In this document: positions 35,101 through 47,056 of the stretch, in pieces
Numbering within the stretch: the first letter of the stretch is position 1
Layout of the letters: every line of letters starts with the position of its first letter
Source of the DNA: Geosiphon pyriformis uo1
Lineage: Eukaryota > Fungi > Glomeromycota
Length of the DNA stretch: 63,721 nt
Assembly: GCA_016748015.1 (NCBI GenBank)
Contig: JAAOMT010000283.1
Coordinates: 1-63,721 of the forward strand
Direction of reading: 5' to 3'
The notes under the pieces: generated by a model
What the model saw: the letters and a program-made list of their open reading frames with translations, nothing else
What the model was told of the DNA's origin: nothing
Database searches by the model: none
Made by a program: the position numbers and the translations under genes

Positions 35101-38100
35101 AATATACCAGAAAATTTGATTATTAGAAACAATGATAATAGAAACATAAACAGAACCAAAAATTTCTCCAACAAATTGAGCCAAACAATACCACCAGCAG
35201 TTGCTACTGAAGATAGCAGCCTCACAGCTATTTTTCCTTTTGAATTAAAGAAAAACGAGACTATGTTCAGTAGAGCAGCATTGGATGAAAAATGCCCAAT
35301 TACTGCTATGTATATAGAAGCCACTGTAAACAATACTCCAATCAAACTTATTTTAAATAGTGGATCCGCTAGAAGCATCATAATGCTTCAACTAGTAAAC
35401 CAACTGGGTTTCAAAGTTGATCGTGCTGCAATGTCCTAAATCATAACAGCTGATAGAAGTACAAAACTGTCTCATGGCAAAATTGACTTATTCTCTTTCA
35501 AAATTAATGACATAGTAATACCTACAAAAGTATTAGTAATAGATACTACATAATATCAAGCATTAGTAAGGAATGACTGGCTAACAAAAGCCAATGCCAC
35601 CTTAGACTGGACCACCCAAGAGCTTCTGATCAATTATAATGGCCACCAGGTGAGAATTCCAGCCACCTGTGGCCACTTCTAAAAACCCAGCACCAACCAA
35701 AGACCTACCTTCAAATTTGAGAAAAATCCAGTACTACCAGCTATTGAAACCTATCAGCTCTCTTGGGCTGATAACCAAAAAACAGGACTACCAGCTGTAC
35801 TAACGTGGATCAGCAAAGAAAGATCCGAATAAAATCAGGTAAGTCCACAAAAAAACTACTAGCAACACAGACCAAAGCTAGAATGCTTGGTTTGCAAGAA
35901 AAAACTCTCATCTATAATAGCATGCAGCACACTGGACGAAGACCCAAGAAATCCCACCCACTACTATTGTAACTGTTGTAACAAAGAAAAATACGGTTAC
36001 CCAGAAAGACATGGAAAATGGGACAAAAAACCATGCCTTGCTTGTGGAGAACCATTATCAAGAGGATATGACTGGAATGACATACCAGACAGAGGAAAAA
36101 CGTGTGATGCAACTTGCCAATACACAATTCTCATTTGTGACTGGGTAAAAGGAGAAATGCTGTTCAAAGCAGCATTCAATAGAGCATTAAAAAGACTACA
36201 GTACTATTCATATGACAAGGACGAGTTGTATAACACTGCACAGACCAAAGTAAGAGAAGGAACCGCCAAAGAAATACAACATTGGAAAGAGTCAGCTGAA
36301 GTAGCCGATGAAGTTGCCAGTTACAACATGTTTGATCCAGTGGACAAATTCCAGAACTACTACCAACAATTATGCCCCATTCGACAAGAGCAAGAACAAT
36401 ACCTCGCCCAAATCAACACTTACTTTTGCGAAAACTGTCTTATTTTGTGCCAAAATCAGTGCTGTGAAGAGTATCAAGACAAAAGGAACTTAGAAAAAAA
36501 AATAGGAATTGAGAATCAGCAGTCTCAAAATCAATATATAAATCAACAAGACTTATTTGATGGTCCTAAGTCAGAAAAATTTGTAGCCTATACCAACCTA
36601 GAACAAGTAATCAACATCCAATACTTTGACAACAGGCACTTAGGAATAATACTCGAAAGAGCCCATCCAACTGATGCTGAATTTGATCTACATTATTCAG
36701 AAGACAAATCCACAACATTATTACACAAAAGCATCACCAAAATCAATCTGAAAATAGTGGTTGAAATTCTGCCAGGAATAATGATTCAAATTGTGTCATG
36801 ATCAAGCCTCGCAAAAAAAGGAATAAGTATTCAAGGAGGAGTAATTGACTCCAAATACACTGGAAATTTGATGGTTTTGCTACAGAACAATTCAGAAAAG
36901 CCTTATACCATTGAATCTAAGAAAAAGATTGCACAAGCAATTTTCCTACCATTGGTAAAAATTGGGAAATTAGTGCTAGTGGAAAATTGTGAGGAATTGT
37001 TACAAACAACGAAAAAAACTTTTGGTTTCAGATCGACAGGAAAAAGAATTGAAACAAATTTTGCTAAAACAATAGAGGAAAAAGGCAAAGTAATTAAAAC
37101 TGAGCAGTCCATTATGCTCCTACCATATGAAAAATCAGAAATAAGAATAAAAAAGACAATTAAAAAAAAAGATCTAATATTTGAGCCCTACCCAAAAATT
37201 TGCCAACAGTTTTTCATAGAACTTACTAATCTTTTTATTCCAGCTGATAAAACTCAATGGATAAAAATTCCTATTGCAAACACCACAGAAGAATCCATCT
37301 ATATTCTAGAAGATACTATCATTGGATACCTCGGAACAGAACTAGAAAACGTGTCAATACCACAAGAAATTCTAAATTTCCCAGAAATTGCCCTCTATTG
37401 TGAACTTACTTCAATAAATTGGCAGCAACTGTTGGAATGTTATCAATTTATGCCAGAAAAATTGGCCAAATTAAACATTGGAACAATGGATCTTGACCAA
37501 CAGTGACAATTAAAAGCATTAATTTTAAAATACTCTGATATATTTTCACGAAATGGTGAATTTAAAAGAACCAACTTGGTTCAACACCAAATCCCCACTG
37601 GAGACGCCAGACCTAAAAAACAATGCGCTTACCATGTCCCACCAATGGAGCATAATTTTATCAGAGAAGAAGTCCAAAGCATGTTGGAAAAAGAAATAAT
37701 CCAACTATCAATGAGCCCATGATCCTTACTAGTTGTTTTAGTAAGAAAAAAGAATAAAAAAATTAGATTTTGCATCAACTATTGCAAACTAAACAGTAAA
37801 ACAACCAAAGACTCATATCTAATACTGTTAATTAACAAAATTTTCGACATTTTTAGAGGAGCAAAATGGTTTTCTACACTTGACTTGACCAGTGGGTACT
37901 GGCAAGTAGAAATGGACCCAAAAAACAGGCATAAAACAGCATTTACAACACAAAATGGCAATTATGAGTTCAATATAATGCCATTTGGATTGACAAACAC
38001 TTCTGCAACATTCCAAAGACTAATGGATGTAATTTACTCCAGAATCCTGTGGCAATCCATTGTTGTCTATTTGAATAATACAAATGTTTTCTCATTAAAA

Positions 38101-38874
38101 TTCATGGATCATCTCCAATATTTGCAACAAGTTTTTGAGAGATTAAGACATGTTAGACTTAAACTAAATCTAGAAAAATGTTTTTTTGGGAAAAATGAGC
38201 TAGCATTTTTAGGACATGTAGTTGGAAAAGATAGAATAAAACCAGATCTATCAAAAATAGACAAAGTGAAAAATTTTTCAGTACCTCGAAATGTTTTAGA
38301 AGTTAAAAGCTTTTTAAGACTCACATCTTACTACTGCTGCTTTGTAGAAAACTTTTCAAACATCGCCAAATCTTTTAATTACCTACTATCCAAAAATGTG
38401 AAATTTGAATGGACTAAAGCACAACAAAAAGCTTTTGAGTACCTTAGACAAAAGCTCATTGAATCACCAATAATGATCTATCCAAATTTCAACAAGAAAT
38501 TTATTTTGGCCACAAATGTCTCTGGAATTGGACTTGGAACCATTCTGTCACAAAAAGATGATAATAGAAGAGAACGTATAATCACTTATGTTAGCAGAAG
38601 TCTTAGTACAGTAGAGCAAAACTATGCAGTACACGAACTTGAATGCTTAGCAGTAGTCTGGAGTTGTGTTCACTTTAATACATATTTACAGTATCAACTC
38701 TTTGAGATTACCACAGATCATAGAGATTTGATCTGGTTAAATAACAAGAAAGTGCTAAAAAGAAAATACACCAGATGGTTACAAACGTTAGCACCATATG
38801 ATTATATTATCAAATACAAAGAAGATACCAAAAATGCTAATGCTGACTGTTTGTCAAGAATGAAACACACATAA
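32146..38874 (+). pseudogene. pol: C1 Gag-PR-Cys-dUTPase-RT-RNase H polyprotein (stops; split by solo LTR E)
   Basis: ORF fragments 32677..33201, 34567..34824, 35020..35439, 35887..36801, 36868..37506 and 37885..38874 carry the expected motifs in order. Confidence 0.9.
33544..34556 (+). repeat. Solo LTR E (unrelated family) inserted in C1 gag
   Basis: TGTTACCAG...CTGATAACA inverted termini. TSD TTAT/CTAT. 10-bp-period GAAATTCGCC/GAAATTTACA array at ~33749-33825. TATAAAA at ~33956. gag reads through when E is removed. Strand is inferred from TATA position. Confidence 0.85.
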
Positions 38875-38903
38875 AAATCACCAACCCACCTGCCACAACA
38901 ACA

Positions 38904-40283
38904 ATGAACAACCACCTTTACAAAAACTTCAGCCAATACTTAGAAACACTACAAATAGATGAAAAAATGCCAGTAAAAGAGCTAATTAAACTCCAAAAAT
39001 TAGCAAAACACTATTTTATCCAAAATTACATACTTTATTACCAGAATTAACAAAATCCAGATAATCTATTAAGAGTTATAAACATGGATGAAAAAGAAAC
39101 CATCTTATTTAACATGCATTCAGATATTCATTCAGGCCACTTTAGAAAAACAGCAACTATCCAACATGCAACTAGCCATTACTATTGGCCAAAAATAAAT
39201 TCAGACATAATCCAATACATAAAAAATTGTAATCTATGCCAATAAAGAGGAGGAGCAAAAACAATGGAATTATTAAGACCAATAAAAGTTGGACAGCCAT
39301 TTGACAGAATTGGAATTAATTTAGTTGGACCCTTACCAATAACAACAAGAAACAACCATTATATTGCAGTAGCTGTGGACTATCTCACCAAATAGCCAGA
39401 AGCTAAAGCTATTAAAACAGCTGATGCTATTTCCATAGCTCAATTCGTACATGAAAACTTAATTTGCCAGTATGGATGTCCACAAGAATTGCTATCAGAT
39501 CAAGGCACACACTTTGTAAACAGCACCTTAAAAGAACTTAGCCAAAAATTTGGAATCAAGTGACCACTGTCATTACTATACCACTTACAAACAAATGGAT
39601 TAGTTGAAAGATTTAATTGCACATTATGCAAATCACTGGCAAAAATTAGTAATGAACATAAAAAAGAATGGGATTTGTTCATACCAGCAGTACTATTAGC
39701 ATATAGAACAGTAAAACAAGATACTACACAATTCACATCATTTGAACTAGTTTATAGAAAAAAAGCCACATTATCAGTTGAACTTACTATCCCAACTTAT
39801 CCAAGTGACACTATCACTAAAGCAACGTTTTAGGAAACACTACTTAGAAGAACATATGAATTAATGGGAACTTTAGAAAACAAAAGAAGAAAAGCAGCAC
39901 AAAATATTGAATAATCACAAAAACAACAAAAAATAAGACATGATAACCAGTTACCAGATAATATAATTAGCTACAAAATTGGAGATAAAGTATTGTTGCA
40001 TTATACAAAAATGGAAAAACAATGGAATAGAAAATTTGATTACAAATGAGATGGACCATTTTATATTCACGAAATACTTGGAAATAGAGCATACAAGCTA
40101 AGACTAGATGATAAAATATTAAGAAAAGCAGCACATAGTAACCGGCTAAAATTCTATTACAGTAAACCAGTAATAACAACAAAGACACCCAGAATTGGAA
40201 CACAATTACTTTTAATTCTACCAGAACAAATTCCACGAGATTTAGAATCAATAGTTTTAATTGAACATTATTCAAAAAGATAA
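38904..40283 (+). pseudogene. C1 integrase, separate ORF (disrupted)
   Basis: ATG 29 nt after the RH stop, in a different frame. HHCC, D-D-E region and GPF motif. Confidence 0.88.
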
Positions 40284-40369
40284 TTAATCTTAGATCACAG
40301 CAAAAAAATGATTTAACAACTATAAAAATGCATGCAAAAGATTCCAAAATAGCAGTCAAAATTAAAACA

Positions 40370-41038
40370 ATGATACTTATCCTAAAAAACATTAACAATA
40401 TAACTCAACAATTAGTTGAAAGCTTATAACAATTAAAATCCAATCTGGAAATCACAGTTAATAGCTCCAAAATAACATACATAAAAAGAACAATAGAAAA
40501 TCCAAAAACAAGAAAAAAACATAACTTTGAACCATATAATATTACCAAATATAACAACAAATTTATCAGCAAAGTTATTGAAAAATTAGAGATAACATTG
40601 GACAATACATTAATAATGGAAGAAATAAAAATAAGTGAATTAACACCAGACATATTTAGCAACTTGAAAACGAAATTTCCAATTAACTACTGTTATTATC
40701 AACTAGGAAAGTACTTGAACATACAAACATTATACTCAAAAGACTCAACTAGAGTATTTGACAAAACAACAATCCAACTATTAGAACTTTTTATTGGAAA
40801 AACCAACACTACATTCCATTCAAAAACAGTTTACAGAATTTTCAAAGCATTTAAAAACTGTCACAAACTATTGTTGGACCCAACCATGAACATAATAACA
40901 ACCAACAGTATTGGACGACTTACCAACTTGCAATTTCAAGAATTACAACAACAAATTAATAACACAGTATTGAACCACTATAGTAACTTAGAATTTAATG
41001 AAGAAATTAACTTCGATTTCAATGGAGCTCAATCTTGA
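40370..41038 (+). pseudogene. C1 ORF3 (unknown)
   Basis: MILILKNINNITQQLVESL..., continuing into ORF 40598..41038; the stop abuts the PPT. Confidence 0.75.
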
Positions 41039-41051
41039 AAGGAGGGGATAA

Positions 41052-41901
41052 TGTTATGGTTTAAAAATTTAGCAAAAGAATCATAAAAATAATATAAACT
41101 ATTCAATCATAATATAGCACAGTAATAATCTTAAAAAGATAATGATTAACATAGTAGCAAACACCATCTCGCAATAGTGGCAAGCACCAGTTCACAATAG
41201 CAGCCAACACCAACTGGTGATAGCAGCAAACATTAGGTTGAAATATCAAAAAGAAAGTATTACAATGTGTTTTCTTGTAAAACTACAAACATGTATATAT
41301 ACAGTAGTTTTAATATTAAGAAAAGTTAATCAAGTAATAAAAATCATAACTTATTAAGCAATAGATCCAATTTATCCAACAAACTCTACTTTAAAATTGT
41401 ACTTTTAAATTAAAAAAAAATGAAAAAGAATATTTAAAACTGAATTATCACAACCCCAAAGTAGTAAGAAACTCACTTGTATTATTTATTGAATGAAACT
41501 ATTATTCATCAGCTGAATTTCTTGGAAGAATAATCTCTGATCAAGATTATTCACTTTGTTATTAATTGATAAAAGCTTTATTGTAAGAATTAGGAAAAGC
41601 GCCAAAGGCTATTAACATTTCGTGTTTCTAGATTAGAGAAACACATCAGACAATTGCAAGGATAGTCTCAGAGAAGACCTCAGACAGTGGGTAGATTTCA
41701 GCTCAGCCTCTGAGAAGGAGTACATAAACACACACAACAATCAGGAATTGAGAAATAACTTATATCACAACATTAAAGAGAAAGCCTTCAGTATAACAGT
41801 GACATTATCACACAAATAGAATTGAGAAACTCACGAGAGACTGATTGCAATTAAAATGGGATATCAGCAATTAAATATACCAAGAAAACCATTCCATAAC
41901 A
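41052..41901 (+). repeat. 3' LTR of C1
   Basis: Preceded by the PPT AAAGGAGGGGATAA. Confidence 0.93.
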
Positions 41902-44900
41902 TCATCTAGATATACTATGACCAATTTCCATAGGATTCTCTTGTATATGACATCCATGAGGTGTTAGAACATGGCAGAAACATTACAGAGTCCAAAAGGC
42001 ATTACGTTAAACTCAAAGTTTCCATCTCGAGTGGTAAATGCTGTCTTTTTTTTGTCTCTGGGATTCATTTCAACTTGCCAATATTCACTAGTAAGATCTA
42101 GTAACGAGAATCATTTCTTTTTTCCTAAGTTGTCTAGAATTTCTTGGATGAGGGAAGTGGGATAGCTATCTCCTCAGGTAATGCTATTTAATTTCCAATA
42201 ATCCACACAGAATTGTACCTTTCCATTCTTCTTTGTAACTAAGACTACTGGAGAAGACCAAGGACTTAAAGATTCCTTGATTAAGCCATTATCAAGCATA
42301 TGTTGTACTTCTTGCTTGATTAAGTTGTTGCCTGATGGGGAAACTTGGTAAGCTTATTGTTTAATAGGTTGAGCATCTCTTGTGTCAATTTTGTGCTTCA
42401 CAATGTCCATACATCCGAACTCATTTTTGCTGGCAAAAATATTGGCATACTGATTCAAAAGGATTTTAAGTTGCATTTGCTGTAGAGTATTCAGATTTCC
42501 CAGGTTTAATTTGTTGATTTCCTTGGGCATAAACAGATAACTTTCTTTTGGCAGGTTCTTTACTTGTGAGGTAATGTCACAAAACAGAAATAATTGTGCA
42601 AAATCTGGAATAGACTGGGGTTTTTCCAGATTCTGAATATTTGCAGATATTGAACTGACAAGAATTCCTTCAGGAATCTTTATGACATCCTTGGTCAGAT
42701 TGTGAATGGAGATTTTGAAGTGTTTATGAGCCTTTGCTGATAGATATAAGTTAGCAATATCAGTTAGGGAACAAATTTCATGGTCAGCTTCAAATAATTA
42801 GTCTTGGTTTTTTCAATTCACTTTGAGAATATATTGTCAATAAGGAGGGATGGAAATGATGGTGTTGGTGTAGATAAGTTCTATCTAGTTACTGTTTTCC
42901 TCTGTGAAATTGACTGGTACGTTTCCTTTTCCACTTAATCCGAACTCATTGATTCTTTGGGCAGTGAGACCTAATTTTTTGTGAGTAGTAATCAGAGCTA
43001 ATTGTGGTATTTTTACTAGAGGCAGGAAGATAGCTTGGGCTATTTTGTTATGTGATTCTATTTTGTAAGACTTATCTGAATTGTTCTGTAGTATTACAAT
43101 GATATTTCTGGTATATCTGGCATCAATGATTCCTTCTTTTACATCAATTTTTTTTTTGCGAAGCTAGATCTAAATGCTACTTGTATCATAGTACTAACTG
43201 GAATTTCTAATGCTATTTTGAGATCTATGCTTACTAAAAAATGTGGGGCTATGACTAGGGGTGATTGTCCAGAATATTATAAATTGAAGCCAGTATTAGT
43301 ATTATGTGCTTTTTCAGGGCAGATTCCCTCATTATTATTGCTATATTATTTCAATTCTAATTCTTTAGAGAGGTCGAGATATGCAAGGTACTGCTCTGTT
43401 TCAGTAGTCTTATTTGGCTCTTGAAATGGCATGTTCTTGACTATTAGCTCAGCTTCTTCCTCAGGTTTGAGTAGTTTGTCAATGAGGTATAATGTTCTTG
43501 ACAGTAGGTTGAACATAAGATTACATTCATCGCAGTACTGAAAATGGCAAGAGATTAGGCAATGATCACATAATTTCATGTTTAGGTCAGCCAATCTCTG
43601 TTTTTATTCTTCTCAAATAGGGGCCAATTCTTGGTATCAATTCTGAAATGTGTCTGGGTTATCAGTAAAAAAATTTTTGATGATATAATTGGATCCATTA
43701 TATTCAGGTACAAATAAATTTTTTTTGATGTCTTATATTTTGCTGTGTGTGGCACCTTTGGCTTTAGCACTTGCCATTCTCCATATTTCATGTTCATTGT
43801 GTGGGTACCTGTCCAATTGATTGAGTGTTCTTCTCCAAGCATCCTCAATCAGGGTTCCCTTTCATACCCAATCATTGATCAAGATGGTATATTGACACAC
43901 TTCATCATATGTCTCTCCTCTGCCAGGTATGTTATTCTAGAATCCTTTATCTGGCAGGATCTCGCCACAGGCAAGGCATGGCATATTGTCCCATTTGCCT
44001 TGTTATTTTGGTTGCCCAAATCTTTCTACCATGCAAGATTTACAGTAGTATTTAGTGGTGGTGAGCCATTTTTTGTCATCTCTAATACATGTGCCTATCG
44101 AAAATAGCTTCTTTCCACAATTAACACAGATTAGCTTTGGAGTTTAATAAAATAGGTTTCTTTGATCACTAGTTGGATAGCTCCACAATAGAGGTTCTTT
44201 TTTAGCTCTTTTTTTTCCTTTTTCTTCCCAGGTTGGTGGTGGTGGTAACTCCGTTCAGAAGTTATCTGCCCAAGAAACTTGGTATGTCTCTATTATTGGT
44301 GGGGGGTTTGTTTCTTCGAATTCTATTAATGGCTGCTCAGAGTTTTAGATTTTGAAATGTCCACATGTAGCCGGTGTTACAGTTTAAGAATTTAGCAAAA
44401 AGAATCATAAAAATAATACAAACTATTCAATCATAATATAGCACAGTAATAATCTTAGAAAGGTAATGATTAACATAGTAGCAAACACCATCTCGCGATA
44501 GTGGCAAGTACCAGTTCACAATAGCAGCCAACACCAACTGGTAATAGCAGCAAACACCAGGTTGAAATATCAAAAAGAAAGTATTTTCTCATAGAACTAC
44601 AAACATGTATATATACAGTAGTTTTAATATTGGGAAATAATTAATCAAGTAATAAAAATCATAACTTATCAAGCAATAGATCCAATTTTATCCAACAAAC
44701 TCCACTTTAAATCATACTTTCAAATTAAATATCCCAAGAAACCTTTAAAATCAAAAAGAAANNNNNNNNNNNNNNNNNNNNNNNNNNNNNNNNNNNNNNN
44801 NNNNNNNNNNNNNNNNNNNNNNNNNNNNNNNNNNNNNNNNNNNNNNNNNNNNNNNNNNNNNNNNNNNNNNNNNNNNNNNNNNNNNNNNNNNNNNNNNNNN

Positions 44901-45477
44901 NNNNNNNNNNNNNNNNNNNNNNNNNNNNNNNNNNNNNNNNNNNNNNAGCAGTAATAGCCGCAACTATTGTCAAAATCCATCGAGAAATTGAGCAATATGC
45001 CAACAAAAATTTTCTAATATCCACAGGAAACACTAGGGAACGCGCCAACAAAACCAAAGAAAATTTAGAAACTAATCAGGAAAGTAACCAGCAAAAACTA
45101 GGAACACCAGCTCAAACGCCAAAGAAAACTGTCACTCAATCAATAAAGAAACAACGTATTTATTCACCAGAAGATAAATCATACCATTTTTTACCAGAAA
45201 ATAAGATACAAATTCCATTAGGAGCTGCATCATCATCAACATCAACTCCACAAATGCCAAGAACTCCTAGATATATTGATAAAATTAAACAACGTAACTG
45301 GGGAGACATACCAATTACAGGAGAATATTCATCACTATTCCAAAACCCTCTTTTTCAGCCAAAATTTAGAACAGGGTTTGAAAACCGTGAAGAGGAGTCT
45401 GAATCAGAATCCGAAAAAGAGACCAGCGAAAAAACAATCACAAGACCAGTCACTAGAACAAGCAGCCAGTCCAGAAA

Positions 45478-45746
45478 CTGTCTCTTATACACATCGGACA
45501 ATTAAAGAAAAAGACCTAATATTTGAGCCCTACCCAGAAACTTGCCAACAGTTTCTCATAGGACTTACTAACCTTTTTATTCCAGCTAATAAAGCTCAAT
45601 GGATAAAAATTCCTATCGCAAACACCACAGAAGAACCCGTCTACATTCCAGAAGATACCATCATTGGATACCTCGGAACGGAGCTAGAAAATGCGTCAAC
45701 ACCACAAGAAATTCTAAATTTCCCAGAAATTGCCCTCTACTGTGAA
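45478..45746 (+). other. Assembly artefact: Tn5 mosaic end/Nextera adapter followed by a duplicated copy of 48303-48553
   Basis: CTGTCTCTTATACACATC at 45478-45495, then an exact copy of downstream sequence, flanked by N gaps. Confidence 0.95.
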
Positions 45747-45958
45747 NNNNNNNNNNNNNNNNNNNNNNNNNNNNNNNNNNNNNNNNNNNNNNNNNNNNNN
45801 NNNNNNNNNNNNNNNNNNNNNNNNNNNNAAGAAAAAATACATACCAACCACCCCAAAGACGCAGCCAGGAAGTCAGTGACAGTCGAAATAATTGCTCGTC
45901 GTGCCAGGAATTCAGAACAAAAACACACGCCTGCCATTTTTGCAAACGCATAGGACAT

Positions 45959-46996
45959 TTGATTAGTCAATGTCGAACGCGAATGATGCAAGAAGCACGC
46001 GAAAATAATTACTATGCACCACCCCAAATGCCCAGAAACCAGTACATGCCAATACCACGCCAATATTCCACCACGTATCAAAATCAAGGAGCTTACCAGC
46101 AACAGCCCATGATAGCCAACCCGAATTGGTGTCCTGAGGCCCGAAATCAGCCCATGTGGAACCAGAACGCGTTGGTCCAGAGGAATCCAAACCGCGCCGG
46201 AACCAATCAGCAAACCAATCCAAACTACCAAAATTATCAACAAACTTACCTTAATATACTGGAAAACCTGATCATCGGAAACAATGATGGTAGAAACATA
46301 AACAGAACCAAGAATTCCTCCAAATTGAGCCAGACAATACCACCAGCAGTTGCCACCGAAAATAGCAGCCTTGCAGCTATTTTTCCTTTTGAATTAGAGG
46401 AAAACGAGACTATGTTCAGTGGAGCAGCATTGGATGAAAAATGCCCAATCACTGCTATGTATACGGAAGCCACTGTAAACAATACCCCAATCAAACTTAT
46501 CTTAGACAGCGGATCCACTGGAAGCATCGTAATGCTTCAACTAGTAAACCAACTGGGTTTCAAAGTTGATTGTGCTGCGACGTCCCAAATCATAACAGCT
46601 GATGGAAGTACAAAGCTGCCTCATGGCGAAATCGACTCATTCCCTTTCGAAATTAACGGCATAGTAATACCTACAAAAGTATTAGTAATGGACACTACAC
46701 AATATCAAGTGTTAGTAGGGAATAACTGGCTAACAAAAACCAATGCCACCCTAGACTGGACCACCCAAGAGCTTCTGATTAATTATAATGGCCACCAGGC
46801 CAAAATTCCAGCCACCTGTGGCCACTTCCAAAAACCCAGCGCCAACCAAAAACCTACCTTCGAATTTGAGAAAAATCCAGCACTACCAGCCATCGAAACC
46901 TATCAGCTCTTTTGGGCTGATGACCAAAGAACAGGACTACCAGCCATACCAACGTGGACCAGCGAAGAAAGATCTGAATGGAACCAGGTAAGTTAA
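45959..46996 (+). CDS. C2 Gag C-terminus (after the CHFCKRIGHLISQC knuckle; Q/N-rich) + aspartic protease
   Basis: LILDSGSTGSI, ITADG, LVGNNWL. Same frame as the downstream dUTPase and RT. Confidence 0.9.
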   Translation: MISQCRTRMMQEARENNYYAPPQMPRNQYMPIPRQYSTTYQNQGAYQQQPMIANPNWCPEARNQPMWNQNALVQRNPNRAGTNQQTNPNYQNYQQTYLNILENLIIGNNDGRNINRTKNSSKLSQTIPPAVATENSSLAAIFPFELEENETMFSGAALDEKCPITAMYTEATVNNTPIKLILDSGSTGSIVMLQLVNQLGFKVDCAATSQIITADGSTKLPHGEIDSFPFEINGIVIPTKVLVMDTTQYQVLVGNNWLTKTNATLDWTTQELLINYNGHQAKIPATCGHFQKPSANQKPTFEFEKNPALPAIETYQLFWADDQRTGLPAIPTWTSEERSEWNQVS

Positions 46997-47056
46997 TGAA
47001 GAAACCACCAGCGATGCAGACCAAAGCTAGAATGCTCGGTTTGCAAGAAGAAACTC

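Larger units (their letters stand above)
31215..41901 (+). mobile_element. Element C1: full-length decayed dUTPase-bearing Ty3/Gypsy-like element inserted in the YLDD codons of D RT
   Basis: LTRs 31215-32063 and 41052-41901. TSD TTAT/TCAT. PBS 32064-32082, PPT 41039-41051. Confidence 0.93.

Noticed and set aside
44720-45057. ORFs spanning N runs
   Set aside because: Artefacts of translating assembly gaps.
45478-45495. Genuine bacterial Tn5/IS50 insertion or horizontal transfer
   Set aside because: It is the synthetic mosaic-end sequence with no transposase, next to gaps and joining two parts of the same element.
46994-46999. Programmed stop/readthrough between PR and the Cys-rich domain
   Set aside because: C1 has sense codons (CCA CAA) at the same position, so the stops are decay.
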